Shown here piece by piece: positions 41,680-56,215 of a stretch of DNA of 64,000 nucleotides. The translations under genes were made by a program, and so were the position numbers. The stretch is from Octopus vulgaris (Eukaryota), in NCBI GenBank assembly GCA_951406725.2, contig OX597826.1:45694001-45758000 (forward strand), given 5' to 3'. Numbering within the stretch: the stretch's first letter is position 1; each line of letters opens with the position of its first letter. Below the pieces are notes generated by a model that saw nothing but the letters and a program-made list of their open reading frames with translations, made no database searches and had not been told where the DNA came from.

Positions 41680-42074
41680 CGTTTTACGTGTTTCAGTCAT
41701 TTGACTATGGCTATATGATGGAGCATCGCCTTTAGTCGAACAAATCGACCCCAGGACTTATTGCTGGTAAGCCTAGTACTTATTCTATCGCTCTCTTTTT
41801 GCCAAAACGCTGAATTACGGGGGTGTAAACGCACCAACATCCGTTGTCAAGAGATGGTTGGGGGTGACAAAGTGACACAAATAACAAATACACACATATA
41901 CATATATATACACGACGGGCTTCTTTCAGTTTCCGTCTACTAAATCTACTCACAAGGCTCTGGCCCGAGGCTATAGTAGAAGACACTTGCCCAAGATGTC
42001 ACGCAGTGGGATTGAACCCAGAACCATGTGGTCGAGAAGCAAGCTTCTTACCACTCAGCCAGTCTTGCGCCTAT
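41680..42074 (-). mobile_element. SINE family C, full length
   Basis: Minus strand starts ataggcgcaagactggctgagtggtaagaagcttgc and ends atgactgaaacacgtaaaacg. Confidence 0.9.
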
Positions 42075-42080
42075 ATTTAG

Positions 42081-42180
42081 AAAATATGGAGCGCTTCACG
42101 AATTTGCGTGTCATCGTTGCATAGGGGCCATGCTGATCTCTGTATCGTTCCGATTTTTAGCATATGTATTACCAAAGCAA
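42081..42180 (-). pseudogene. U6: U6 snRNA retropseudogene
   Basis: Minus strand TTGCTTTGGTAATACATATGCTAAAAATCGGAACGATACAGAGA-TCAGCATGGCCCCTATGCAACGATGACACGCAAATTCGTGAAGCGCTCCATATTTT aligns to canonical U6; ACAGAGA intact, 3-nt deletion after it, several substitutions; only (TA)n upstream. Confidence 0.93.
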
Positions 42181-42217
42181 TATATATATATATATACAGA
42201 CATACATATATACATAC

Positions 42218-42279
<62 letters not shown>

Positions 42280-42330
42280 CATACATACATACGTACATAT
42301 ATATACATAGTCATACATATATATACATAC

Positions 42331-42362
<32 letters not shown>

Positions 42363-42385
42363 CATAGACATACATATATACATAC

Positions 42386-42423
<38 letters not shown>

Positions 42424-42884
42424 TGTGTACACATATATGTGTCGGTGTGTCGCTGTGGATGTGTTGGTGTGTACGTGCGTACACATACATACCCATGTGC
42501 GTAAAATGCGTATGTATGTGCATAGAAAAAAAATGTAGTTTTCTGTGAATACTAATGAAAATGTCTACAATCATCGGAACGTAAATTCTATAACTATACA
42601 CTAACTTAATAATATTCAGTTTTAAATTCCAAATGCTGCAATTTGAAAATATTCCAAATATTTCTTTGGACAGACATATGAAGCCAAAAAAAAAAGAAAG
42701 AAAGAATACAGAAGAAAAAGAGGAAAAAAAGGAAAAGAAAGAAGCAATCGTTATCCAAAACTACCATAAAATCAGCAATTACCTAAAAATTATTCATCCT
42801 TATTCATCATTAATGTAAAATCTATCATTAAAATAAATCAATATGAAGACCATCTATCACGTCTAAAACAGTTTGTTACTATCC

Positions 42885-42916
<32 letters not shown>

Positions 42917-43767
42917 GATGATGATAGTTGGTCTTGCTTAAAGATAGTATTATTTTTTGTGCGTGTATTGTTTTCTTTTTCCAGTCCCGTAGACACAAAT
43001 TTGGCATCAGCGTAAAGTGAAATTTACTCATAAGACAAATAAATGAAATATTTGTGCATGTAGTTATATATGAATGACGAGAAGAAAAGAAATGGTATTT
43101 AAAAACAAAAAAAAAAACAGAAAATAAAAAAAATGTGGTTTAACCAGATAAAGACAAGAGAATCACAATTCTTGAAACCAGTGACTTATCGGAATAAGTC
43201 GGCCATACTGAGAATTCATAGAACAATGAATATACGAACATATTTGCGGTGCAAGCTGAGTATGTATTAGACCGTCGTTTTAAGATAAATAAATATCTTT
43301 GAAACAGTTTACAGAATTCCACCCTCCTGATAAACAGCTGAAAGATATTGTATACAATTTCTGCTGCTATTTCCTTCGTACAATTAGTTTAGCCTGGTGA
43401 AGTTTAGATTAAACTGAAACAATCGTTTAAGGCCACCAACGGTGACTATGGAGTAAATACTGCCATTGTTTTCTTCGCTGCACGATATATAACAATACGT
43501 GAAGATTATGTAAAAGTCTTTTCGAAATTACAGAAACCTTGTTTTCAGCCTGTGGCTGCAGAATTGCTGTCATTTTTTTGTTGTTGTTTAGTTTTTTTTA
43601 TAGAAGAATGTTTGATCGAAAATGCATTGGGAATGAGCAGAAAAGAAAAAAAAACTAAACGTATTTGTGTGTGTGTGTGTGTGCACATGTGTGTGTGCAC
43701 ATGTGTGTGTGCACATGTGTGTGTGCACATGTGTGTGTATGTGTGAGTGTGTGTGAGTGTGTGTGAG

Positions 43768-43800
<33 letters not shown>

Positions 43801-43996
43801 GCATACACACACACACATATATATATATTTAGATGTATGTACATATATGTATATACATATATATATGCATATATACACATGCACATATATGCATATATAC
43901 ATATATATACATATATATATACATATACACAAATATACATATGTATATATATATATATGTATATTCCTGTGTATATATATATCTATGTGTATATAT

Positions 43997-44029
<33 letters not shown>

Positions 44030-44269
44030 CACTATGTGTATATATATGTATGTGTGCATACATATTTACATATATAGGTGTGTGTATATGTCTGTGTATA
44101 ATAGAGCCGATCTAAACGTTGGCTGACTCTCCAGTCATGCTTTTGCATCTTAGAGCAGAAAGTTAACATAAGAAGTGCAGGATGGGTGGACATTCTGTGT
44201 ATGGAAGCACGCAATAAGTGGCAGAATGCTACACAAACACACACAACCAGTGAAAGAATCATAAGCAGA

Positions 44270-44780
44270 GGACGAGGAGGAGGAAGATGAGGGGGCAGAA
44301 GAGGAGAGGAGGAGGAGGAGGAGGAAAAAGAAGAAGAATAGGAAGAGATGGAGGAGGAAGAGTACGAGGAGGAAGAAGGAGAAGAGGGGGAAGTGAATGC
44401 GGAGGGAAAGGAGAAGAAAGAGAAGAGGAGGTTGTGGAAGAGGAAGAAGAGAAGGAGAGAAAGGAGGAGGGTAAGGAGGCAGAGGAAGAAAAAGGAAGAA
44501 AGGGGGAGGAGGAGGAGGAGAGGGGGAAGAAGAGAAGGAAAGTTGGGTAAGGAGGAGGAGGAAGAAAAGGAAAGAAAGGAGGAGGAGGTGGAGGTGGAGG
44601 AGGAGGTGGAGGTGGAGGAGGAGGTGGAGGAGGAGGAAGAAGAGAAGGAAAGGAGGAGGGTAAGGAGGAGGAAGAAGAAGAGAAGGAAAGAAAGGAGGAG
44701 ATGGAAGGGAGGAGGGGTGGAGGTGGAAGAGGAAGAAGAGAAGGAAAGAAAGGAGGTATCTGAGGAGGCTGAGGAGGCTA
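44270..44780. repeat. GA-rich (GAG/GAA) polypurine low-complexity tract
   Basis: Read directly. Confidence 0.85.
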
Positions 44781-44932
44781 TGAGTAAATGACATTACTTT
44801 GGGGAGGAGTTTTACTGAGAAATATAGTTGATCGCCATAGACAAAATACAACAGCGATTATGTGTGTGAGAGAGAGAGGAAGTGTGTGTGTGACAGAGAG
44901 TGTGTGTATGTGAGAGAGAGTGTGTGTGTGGG

Positions 44933-44991
<59 letters not shown>

Positions 44992-45059
44992 TATACCGAA
45001 AGTATTGCATATGTAGACAAATTTTTTAGTGACTGACACCAGTCATTCAAATAGCATAT

Positions 45060-46040
45060 GTTGAATAACTCTTCCTCTATACGAAGGAGTTACACAACGC
45101 AGTCTCCATCACAAGCGATATATTTGTACCATCACTGACCCCAACTTCAGAATCCATGTGGAAAAATTTCGGGTGTGCCCCTTAAGCACTAACTTCTTTA
45201 CAGCCCTTTTCACCTCATCTGCGTCATCAAATCATTGTCTCCCGTTGACTGTCTTTCATTGGACCGAGCAGGTGGAAATCCGAGGATGGTAAACCCCAGC
45301 TGTACAGCTGATGTAGGGGACTACTGAGCTGTCCAATTTGCCGATTGCATGGCTTGTTATCAAATCTGTGTGTTGTAATGCAATATCGCGGTGAATGTAG
45401 ATCGTTTTCAAATTCTTGTTCGGGTGTTTTCCTCCTAACGGCTTCTCCAAGCCTCTTTAGTGTCTCAGGTACCGGATGGTTGAGCCATGTTCCAGAAGAT
45501 CAAAGAAAACAACACCTTTGTCATCCCCCAAAAAGCAGTCACCGTGACTCTCTGTGCCGATCGCTGGCTCCAACTTCTTAGGCCTCGGAAAAGAGGTACG
45601 ATGCTATTCCACAGAATAAGCCTTCGTTTAGGGATCATAAAAGTATGGCCAACTCCCTAGGTACCCTCTTTTCACACACTTTCCGATACTCTAAGAATTC
45701 CACTGTTTTCTGTAATGCACTGTGATCGCAGTCCAGTTGTTTGGCAAACTTAAAGATTGTGACTCATCTGTCTGCACGAAATCATTGCATCCACTCGCTA
45801 GCGATTCGTGTCAGCCGTTGCAGGTGATAATCTCCACTACAAATTTTTTTTCTGCAAAGCTGTTTCCAACTTCATTAAAATTCTTCATTCATCTGTACAC
45901 ATTTTTCTTGTTAGTGGTGTCATCTCTATAAAAAAACTTGTGGTCTTCTGTGGATGCTGGACAGCCTGCACACTTACTTTGTCAAAACCTCAATAATGGC
46001 ACGTTTGCTTCTGTTCGGAACTCATTACTTGCTTACAATG
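45060..46040 (-). mobile_element. Decayed mariner transposase
   Basis: SAQRVTVTAFW (KVMxTVFWD-like), HRDIALQHT (HDNARPH-like), SDFHLLGPMK (YSPDLAPSDFHLF region), C-terminal WYKYIACDGD. Confidence 0.82.
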
Positions 46041-46386
46041 ACAAAGAACGGGGGAAAGAATCACTATAGAGGAAGAATTACTCTACTAGCAAATACAATC
46101 TGAACGAAATATGTTAGATAATGTAAAAGATACATAAGGTGGAGAGCTGGTAGAATCGTTAGCACGTCGAGAAAAATGCTTAGCGACATTTCGTCCGTCT
46201 TTAAGTTCTGAGTTCAAATACTTCCGATGTCGACTTTGTCTTGTATTTCTTCCGGGACGATAAAATAAATACCAGTTGAGTACCGGGGTTGCTGTAAACA
46301 ACTTACTCCCTCCCACAAAACACTAGCCTTGTGTCAAAATTTGATATCAATGTAAATGCTCACTTTTGCATTATTTCGGGGACTGT

Positions 46387-46417
<31 letters not shown>

Positions 46418-46811
46418 AAATTGAAAGCATACGGAAGCCAAAAATGTTTTGTGTTGAAAATACTTTGAATCCTGAACCACCAAGTCATTGGTTCAAACCC
46501 CATTTCCTCCATCTATCACTTATATTTCTTGCCTGAAATGACCATCATTTATAAGCGACAAATGTCGATTCCAGTTCTTTTGAAACCAAAATATATGTAG
46601 ATGAGATCTGTACTTTTTTTTTATTCGTTTACTCTGTAGCTATACTATTTTACGAAAGAATCCTTTTTACCTTTGGTAATACAAAAGAAAAAATTGGATT
46701 CCTTTGATCATTGAGTTCATTGTGATACAGGTGATATAATTGAATGTTGTAAGTTGCATCAGGCTCTAGTTCCAATTCTGCACTCCGTGTGTCTGACTGT
46801 CTGAATGAGAG

Positions 46812-47089
46812 TGTGTGGCTGTGTGGTAAGAATCTTGCTTCCCAACCACATGGTTCTGAGTTTAATCCCACTGCATAGCACCTTAGCCAAGTGTCTTCAA
46901 TTATAGTCTTGGGCCAACCAAAGCCTTGTGAATAGATTTAGTAGACGGAAACTGAAAGAATCCCGTCATATATATATATACTATGGTGTATGAAAATATA
47001 AAATATAAAAATAATTTTGTGGATGTACAAGCGTCCGTACTCTTTATTATTAATAATATAAATATATATACATATGCATTATCTGTATG

Positions 47090-47153
<64 letters not shown>

Positions 47154-47747
47154 AAATGGGGCAAGGATGCAAAACATCCGGACAGTTAGGTGATACAAAA
47201 ATAGGACAACAAAACATCCAGATAGACTATATATATATATACATACATACATACATACATACATACATACCTACATACGTATTTGAAAGTCTTTGAGGAT
47301 TACTTTATATATATATATATATATTTGAAAGTTTATGAGGGTTACTTTATACAATTTTTGAAGTGTAAAGGTGATTTTTCTAAAAAAATTATTTCTCTTT
47401 TAAAAAGTGTTATGAAAATGAGGATGTTACTAACCTTTTTAGGGAAGAAGTTTTTTTCTAGTGTGTAAACGCTTTCGTTAAACCTTTTCAAACACACGTG
47501 TTCTTATATGTATATATTTATATGTGCGTATCTTTGTGTTTGTGTTTGTTCCCCTATCACCACTTGACAACCGGTGTTGGTGTGTTTACGTCCCCGTGAC
47601 ATAGAGGTTCGGCATAAGGGACAGATAGAGTAAGTAGTAAGCTTAAAAAATAAGTGCTGGGGTCGATTTGTTCGACTAAAATCCTTCAAGGTGGTTCTCC
47701 AGCATGGCTGCAGTCAAATGACTGAAACAAGTGAAAGAATAAAAGAA
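46812..47747 (+). mobile_element. SINE family C split at its internal microsatellite by ~520 bp
   Basis: 5' half 46812-46980, 3' half 47505-47747. Confidence 0.75.
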
Positions 47748-47892
47748 TTAGTTCTCGGACTTGTAAGGCAGAAGTTCGATTCCGAAAGCTGGCCTGGAGC
47801 TGAACCAATCCTGTTTAGCAGCAAACAGTAGGTTCGCACAGACATAGACCTTCTTAGTGGTAAAAAGAAAGAATAAAAGAAAGAAGGAAGGA

Positions 47893-47976
<84 letters not shown>

Positions 47977-48564
47977 AGCAAACTAACAAAAAAACAAACA
48001 AAAACGACGAAAATTTTCGACGAGCTAAGCGGCCGAGGTCGAAATTTCGATATACATAAAAGTGAAATTCCGTCTGTCCAGGACCCCTGTATTTCAGTCT
48101 ACATTTGCTCTACATAGACATATTGTATTTTCTGGAATCAGGATGATTCTGGGATTGAAAAGCTGTCCTTTATTTGGTTCTCGAACATCCAGTACTGGTA
48201 TGTGATGAAAGAGCATTTGGACTGCTATTTCTGGCAGGTAAAGCGACCGGGAGAGGTTTCAAACGGTCTACAAGAGATACCTCCCTTAGCTATAATAATA
48301 ATAAGCGCGACATTCTATGCCAGAAACAGACCAAAGCTTTTTGAATTTAATATCAAAACTATGAAACAGTACTTCTGTTACCTACATTAATCTTTTCTAC
48401 TCCAGGCACAAATCCCGAAATTCTGAGGGGTGGGGGAGAGGGCAGTCGATTAGATCGACCCGAGTACGCAACTGGTACATAATTTATCGACCCCGAAAGC
48501 TTGAAAGATAAAGTCGACCTCGGCGGAATTTGAACTCAGAACGTAGCGGCAGACGAAATATCTG

Positions 48565-48841
48565 AAATAAACTCGATTGCTCTCACAAACGAGAATACTA
48601 AAACTGAACCCGACCGCTCTCAAAAATTAAGTAAAAAAAAAACAAACAAAAATAATCCAGAATCTTCGTCCGGTATCAGATCGATCCCAAAATCTAATCA
48701 GTTCGTGCCAGTCACGAGGCCAAACATCCCTGAAAGTTTCATCCGAATCCATTCAGCGGTTCTTGAAACATCTTGTCCACGGACAAACAAACAGACAGAC
48801 AAACGCGACTGAAAACAATACCTCCGCCTTCTCAAAGTGGC

Positions 48842-48848
<7 letters not shown>
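48565..48848 (+). mobile_element. Helentron/DINE-like non-autonomous element end
   Basis: aagtttcatccgaatcc..(ACAG)-type repeat..terminal hairpin ccgcc-ttctcaaagt-ggcgg, then (TAA)n. Confidence 0.4.
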
Positions 48849-48934
<86 letters not shown>

Positions 48935-48950
48935 AATAATAATAATAATG

Positions 48951-49006
<56 letters not shown>

Positions 49007-49266
49007 TTCTCACACGGTCATCTTGTCATGGTAGAAGGTAAGTTATTCTTTAGCAAGGATTTACCTAAAGCAATACTTCTATTGAGCTCTGCACCAGATC
49101 GAACAGTTTGCTTTAGTTGTTGTGCATAAAGCTACATGTCCCTGGTTAATCTATTCACAGATTTGCTGATTTTTACATGTGAATCATACATTCACCTATT
49201 GTATCCATTGTTCATCCACCTATCTATTTATCTCTTTCTTTCCTTATACGTACGTACTTACATACA

Positions 49267-49353
<87 letters not shown>

Positions 49354-50295
49354 TCAATGCACGCTTTACGATCTTCTCTGCCCTCAAGCTAAACTCTGTG
49401 TATTGATACGTTCGTCTATTTACTCTATTCTATATTTGATTGTGTATACTGCTTCTGCATTACAAGACTGCTACTGTGTTTCCTATTTATAATCTTTTAT
49501 GCTATTTAGGTTCTCCTTTACACACACACTACACACATACACACACACACTACACGCACCAAACACACATACATATGTACCTGCATAGTCAGCATCGCTG
49601 TAATCACTCGTCGTCGACATCCTTATTAACATTTTCTTACTTAAGTTCACAATTGAAAATCGATTTACATATCTATCCAATGTTTTATTGTTTTCTTAGC
49701 CGGCTTCCTGCACATTCGGAAAAAGAGATTTTGCTCCATCAACAGAAACGCGCACAGATACATACACATACGCACAACCGAGCAAGCATGCGTACGTACG
49801 TATGTATAACTATACGGCCGGTATTTAGCTGAATTGTTAGGCTTGCAATATTCGTCCTGGTTTTCTACGTTCTGAGTTTAAACCCCGCCGTGGTCAGCTT
49901 CACCTTTCTTCTTTTGAATCGATAAATAAAGCACTAGATCAGTATCAGGGTAAATACTTTACCTTCCTTCCTTCCATCCTTCTTTCTTCCTTTCTTTCTT
50001 TCAGTCTCTATCACCTTCTGAAAGAAATTGTGTTTTGACCTGGAGAAGGATGGGTTACACTAGGTGTAAAAAATAAAATGCTCAAAATGCGCTACATGTC
50101 AAAACTGCGTTCCTACGAGTACCACCAACAGGAATTCGGGGCCTACTACCTGTCTATCTCGGTAAATTCGGATACTTATCCAAAATATAGTCATACCAGA
50201 ATTATCGAATAACCATAACCAAATGCAAACTTTCAGTTCTGTGATTCTAAACCCACAACCCTTAAAGACCCACTGCACTATATCATACATACTAT

Positions 50296-50604
50296 TTTTT
50301 AAAAAAAATTTTATGCGTCCTTTTCAAGTCTAGCCAGGCTCGTGGTCCCGGTTTCCTGGTTTCTATGGCGTATGTGTTCCCCCCAGCTGGACGGGACGCC
50401 AGTCCATCGCAGCGTTACTCAAGAAACAGGAAGAAAGAGTGAGGGAAAGTTGGGGCGAAAGAGTACAACAGGGGTCACCACCACCCCCTGCCGGAGCCTC
50501 GTATAGCTTTAGGTGTTTTCGCTCAATAACACACACAACGCCCGATCTGGAAATCGAAAACGCGAGTCCGCTGCCCAAACCACTTGGCCATTGCGCCTCC
50601 ACAC
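50296..50604 (-). mobile_element. SINE family A, tail ii
   Basis: TSD tcatacatactat (50283-50295 / 50605-50617). Confidence 0.92.
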
Positions 50605-51716
50605 TCATACATACTATACAACCTCTTTTATGTCCTCTAAGTCAATATTTCAAATCGGCCGAAAGCGGTTTCGAATTACTTCTCTATCGTGTTTCTTCGT
50701 CGTGAAATTTTTCTACGATTTCCCAAAACCGGAACTCATATGAATATTTAACGCACAAACCACCCTCCACACCTCATTGGTTTTAATTAGACATTAGACG
50801 AAGCATAATTGTTTTAGAAGGAAATTTTAATCATGTGCGCGCGCGCGTGTGTGTGTTACTAAATAGTCTGGAAATAGTGAATACCAAATTTTTAATAAAA
50901 CAAATCTTTATGAACGTACATGCCGGCATAGCTATGTGGCTAAGATTCTCGCTTTGCATCAAGGTGATTCCTGGTTCAATTTCATAGCGCGGCATGTTGA
51001 GCTAGTGTCTTATACTATAGACCTGGATCGACCGATGCCGTGTCAGGTATTCGGTACAAGGAAACTGTGTGGAAGCCCATCGTATATATGTGTATGTGTG
51101 TTCTCTCCCCTCTCCCCAATATGATGGATTGATAGCTACCTTGACAGACAGACAGATAGATAGACTCCAAAATGGTCATTGATGGTCTGCGACATAAAAA
51201 TATCTAACCACTAACATACATATAATCTTAAATGATTTTAATTCTATACCAATGTAATACATTTTTTGAAAATTTAAGGTGATGGGTTCGATTCCTGGAC
51301 GAGGCTGTACTTTGTATCATTGAGGACACAAAGCGCTGCCTGGCGTTTGTTGTTCTCCATTTTACGCTCCTTCAGTCTATGCAGCTGAAAATCAGTACTA
51401 GTTCAAGGTGACGCTGTATTCCTCTCACTTTCTCTCTCCTTTTGCTGCATCCTCGATGTCATGCTGGATCAATGAGAGATCCAGGCTGACAGAGGATTTG
51501 TAGCGAAAGCATGGTATATGTTACCAAATCATACTCACTTGCAAGTGGTTAGACAACAAGTTTATACGTTTTATAATAAATCTTCTGTTTCCTTATTTCT
51601 ATTTTACTTTTATCTCTCTAATAAACTATAGTCATAGCAATGGAAATTCTTTAATTCGCCTTGAATATTTTATCGAGCACTTTAGAGAAAATTTGCTTCA
51701 GTTTTGTACGAATTTA

Positions 51717-51915
51717 TAGTCGCAGGAGTGGCTGTGTGGTAAGTAGCTTGTTTACCAACCACATGGTTCCGGGTTCAGTCCCACTGTGTGGCACCTTGGG
51801 CAAGTGTCTTCTACTATAGTCTCAGGCCGACCAAAGCCCTGTGAGTGGATTTGGTAGACGGAAACTGAAAGGAGCCCGTCATATATATGTGTATATATAT
51901 GTATATATATATATG

Positions 51916-51948
<33 letters not shown>

Positions 51949-52195
51949 ATATATATGTATGTATGAGTGTATGTTTTTGTGTGTCTGTATTTGTCCCCCC
52001 CTCCCCAACATCGCTTGACAAATGATGCTGGTGTGTTTATGTCCCCGTAACTTAATGGTTCAGCAAAAGAGACCGATAGAATAAGTACTAGGCTTGCAAA
52101 GAATAAGTCCTGGAGTCGATTTGCTCGACTAAAGGCGGTGCTCCAGCATGGCCACAGTACAGTCAAATGACCGAAACAAGTAAAAGAGAGTAAAA
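51717..52195 (+). mobile_element. SINE family C
   Basis: Full layout with internal microsatellite. Confidence 0.9.
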
Positions 52196-52786
52196 GCTAG
52201 TAGGATCGAACGGTATGATTACGAAACGATTTTCTTAACCACACAGCCAAGCTTTCGCTAAATATATATATATTGAAATAGTTTTTAAAAAATTTTAATT
52301 TTTTTCCTCTCTATACATTCCCAAATCTCAACTGTTTAAAATTCGATATATAATAAAAAAAAAAAAAAATTTAAAAAAAATATTGAAAGAACTTAATATC
52401 AACAGAAGACATGTTGTTTGGTTTTACTTGTCACCAGTGGGATGTGATTCTGACTTGAAATGGTTCCATCTTGATAGAAAACCAAAATATTTCTGTTATC
52501 TTTTTGTAAAGCCGATTAAAAAAATAATGTTGTCTGTAAGTTGTTGCTCTTATTGTTGCTTAATTCCAATCAATTCTTGTTGTTGTTCTTGTGCTCCAGT
52601 CAGTTCTTGTTTTAATTGCTGTTGTTGTTCTCCTTTGAACACTTGACGTTGTTGTTCTTGCGCTTCAGTCCATCGTTGTTGTTGTGGTGGTTATTATTAT
52701 TATTATTATTGTTGTTGTTGTTCGTCTAGCGACACGTATCGCACATCGCTGCATAAGTTTTGCTATTATTCATATCGTTAGCCATT

Positions 52787-53174
52787 GTGGAGGCGCAATG
52801 GCCCAGTGGTTAGGGCAGCGGACTCGCGGTCATAGGATCGCGGTTTCGATACCCAGACCGGGCGTTGTGAGTGTTTATTGAACGAAAACACCTAAAGTTC
52901 CACGCGGCTCCGGCAGGGGATGGTGGTGATCCCTGCTGTACACTTTCACCACAACTTTCTCTCACTCTTAATTCCTGTTTCTGTTGTACCTGTATTTCAA
53001 AGGGCCGGCCTTGTCACTCTCTGTGTCACGCTGAATATCCCCGAGAACTACGTTAAGGGTACACATGTCTGTGGAGTGCTCAGCCACTTACACGTTAATT
53101 TCACGAGCAGGCTGTTCCGTTGATTCGGATCAACCGGAACCTTCGTCGTCGTAACCGACGGAGTGCTTCCATCC
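52787..53174 (+). mobile_element. SINE family A, tail iii
   Basis: TSD atcgttag(c/t)cattg (52774-52787 / 53175-53188). Confidence 0.9.
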
Positions 53175-53221
53175 ATCGTTAGTCATTGCTTTACATTGTA
53201 CATTTGTTACACTTTACTCTC

Positions 53222-53592
53222 CTTTACTCTTTTACTTGTTTCAGTCATGTGACTGTGGCCATGCTGGAGCACAGCCTTTACTCAAACAAATCGACCCCAG
53301 GATTTATTCTTTGTAAACCTAGTACTTATTCCATCGGTCTCTCTTGCCGAACCTCTAAGTTACGGGGACGTAAACACACCAGCATCGGTTGTCAAGCGAT
53401 GTTGGGGAGACAAACACAGACACACACACGTACATATATATATACATATATACGGCGGGCTTCCTTCAGTTTCCGTCTAGCAAATCCACTCACAAGGCTT
53501 TGGTCGGCCCGAGGCTATAGTAGAAGACACTTACCCAAGGTGCCACGCGGTGGGACTGAATGCAGAACCATGCAGCCACTCCTACGCCTACG
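53222..53592 (-). mobile_element. SINE family C
   Basis: Reverse complement of the family C layout. Confidence 0.88.
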
Positions 53593-53726
53593 CCTATTGT
53601 TATTGTTACTTGGTTAAACAAACCAGAACCTTTGGGAACTGTTTAGTTCTTTCCTATTTGTAGCCCTTAGGGGCTATTCTGGGATTTGTTTGGGTTACAA
53701 CACAACTCTTTTTTTTTAAATCAAAA

Positions 53727-54990
53727 ATGGCGAACGTAAACTCTCTGTCCGCTAAAAAGAACAACGGGTTATCCGCAACATAGAACAGCCAAGTTAAACA
53801 AGATAGTGACTCTGTAGCAACAATAACAAAAACAACAACAATAGCGCAAGTGGAACGTATGGAAATGAATTCCCCTTGCTTCTTTCCTCCTCTTTACCAC
53901 TGCAGAAACAAGAGACGAAAATTTCAAGCACCAACACCATAAGCGAAAACACTACCATCTCCACCGCTACCACCAGTGCCAGTAGCAGCAGTAGCAGTAG
54001 TGGTAGCAACATCAAAAATACGAGAGACAGCAACGGTAGCAGTAGCAGCGATGGCAACAACAACGATAATAACACCAACCAAAACAATGACAACAACAAC
54101 AGCAGCAGTAGCAGCAACAACAACAACAAGGACACTTTCGCAGCAGCAAAAAGAGACCGCGATACAGCCTAGACTTCATAACAAAAATGAAAGGTTGGCC
54201 CAAGCCTGGAAACCCATCAAACATGAGCAAACCTGGGCCAACTTAACTGTCCCGGCAGAGGCCATTGAAGCAGTGGAGAGGAGAACGGCGTATTTCGGAT
54301 TCACCTCAGCAGGGACGAGGAAATTGGCTTTAAAAGCACAAGCAGATATTGAAGCTGCACTCAGATGTATCAGTGATGACACCGAATACATAGCGAGAGG
54401 CAGATAATACGGCACCATTTCGGTGCTTTTTAAGTCAGAGGCCCTTGTTATGAAGCACTCAATGACGCCTTGCAAAACCATCAAGTTCATAATGTACCCC
54501 TCCCACAAGGGAAAAAGCAAAGCATGTGTCCGCATTCCAAGGATTCCACCAGGACTTGATATTCGGTGGCCTTTGAGATGTGTAATTGAGGAAGAGCCAG
54601 ATGCCGTCCCGATAGATGTGGCAAAAGCTACCAAGGAGAACTGGTCCGGGGCTAATCTGCAGATATTTTTTCAGATTTGGCCAGAAATCGTAGATAGGAT
54701 CCCGGATCACATCCATCTCCATTGTTTCGGTAATGTACATAATGACTGAAGGTAAAATACCATATTGTTTCGTTTGTGGAAAAACAACCCATTTGCGAAC
54801 CTTCTGCCATCAACTGATAAAAGGTGCAAGGGGTCGAAGGTTTCCACTGCTGCCTACGCCTGGGCGAGGATCATAACCAAAACCAGCACCGGCAAAACCA
54901 CAATCAACAAAAAATGAAACACCACCAAAGACATTGACCACCTAGGGTGAAACAAAGACAGCTCTCCCACCTCCGCATCCCACCCCAAGT
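53727..54990 (+). mobile_element. Tx1/L1-like LINE ORF1 (gag-like), decayed
   Basis: ATG at 53727, low-complexity N-terminus, RRM-like middle, zinc knuckle CFVCGKTTHLRTFC (54766-54807); stops and frameshifts. Confidence 0.7.
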
Positions 54991-55048
54991 ACACTCATGA
55001 TTATTATTATTATCCTATAGTATTATTATTATTATTATTATTATTATT

Positions 55049-56169
55049 CTATGTTTCACTTTTGCTTTATATTTGTACAAGTTGGCTCCAAGTCTCACCC
55101 AGAGACCTCAAGAGACAACAGGGTTGGAAGTTCATGTTGTTGTTATGCCTAGTGTGCCATATATTTGGGGGTGGGGATGTTGTACTAATGAATGTCTAAA
55201 AAAAAAAAAAAAGGGTTTTTTTTTTTTTTTTTTTTTTTTACCGAAAATTATGTTTGTTTTAAACCTTGAGATTACATAGAGAGTATTTTGCGTAGGATAT
55301 GAGCAGTTCCCATGAGCACTATCTTTTGAACTTCTGCCATTTTTGGGTTTCCTGGTATCTGAGTTAGGTAGCTATCAGCCCCTTTTGCTATCATTCCCAG
55401 GGCACCTATGACAACAGGTATTGTTTTAGTCTTCAGCTTCCACATTTTGCTGATTTCTATTTCAAGATCTTTATATTTGCTCAGTTTTTGGTAGGTCTTG
55501 ACAGATACGTTTATATCGATTGGGACAGTCATATCAATGAGGAGGCATGTTCTTTGTTTGAAGTTTTTCAATATGATGTCTGGCCTATTTGCATCTATCT
55601 TCCTGTCAGTTTGAATGGTGAAGTTCCAGAGGAGTGAGATGTGGTCATTTTCAAGCACTGGGGGTGGTTTGTGTTCCCACCAGTTTTTTTCATGGGGCAA
55701 ATCCAGGTTTTTACAGATTACCCAGTGAATATATTGTGCAGCTCTATCGTGCCTGTTGAGATACTCTGTAGGCGCTAGAAGACTGCACTTGGAGACCACA
55801 TGGTCAATGGTTTCATTTTGTTGCTTGCATACACGACACGTTGGACTGCTTCTGATCTTTAATATGTTGGCCTGGTAGTTTCTTGTAGGTAGGCATTGAT
55901 CTTGAGCTGCTATGATAAACCCCTCTGTTTCAGATTTTAAGCCAGAGGCCATTAGCCATTGATGGGTCAGGGCTTTGTCGATATCTGCATTATTCGCTCT
56001 CTTTGGGTATTTGCCATAGAGAGGTTTTTCTTGCCATTTATTATTCAGAATATCTAAGGCCGCAGTTTTGGCACGGGTTTTCATGCGCCTAGCTTTTTCT
56101 GTGCTTGTTTCTTGTATATCTATCTCTAATTCCGAAATTGGTTGTATTCGGAATTCACTTAGATATTCC

Positions 56170-56170
<1 letters not shown>
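55049..56170 (-). mobile_element. R4/Dong-clade non-LTR retrotransposon 3' end (CCHC plus restriction-like endonuclease), 5'-truncated
   Basis: Open frame 56170-55272: W..KPLYGKY, LKSETEGFIIAAQDQ, CRVC..ETIDHVVSKC, RHDR, NRPDII, LIDMTVP, KLSKYKDL, PVVIGALG; flanked by (TTA)n on both sides. Confidence 0.93.
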
Positions 56171-56213
<43 letters not shown>

Positions 56214-56215
56214 CA

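Noticed and set aside
42081-42180. Functional U6 gene
   Set aside because: Deletion after ACAGAGA, substitutions in the internal stem-loop, clipped 5' end and no upstream PSE/TATA promoter context.
44150-44851. Glu-rich and Pro/Leu-rich ORFs
   Set aside because: Polypurine low-complexity tract open in several frames.
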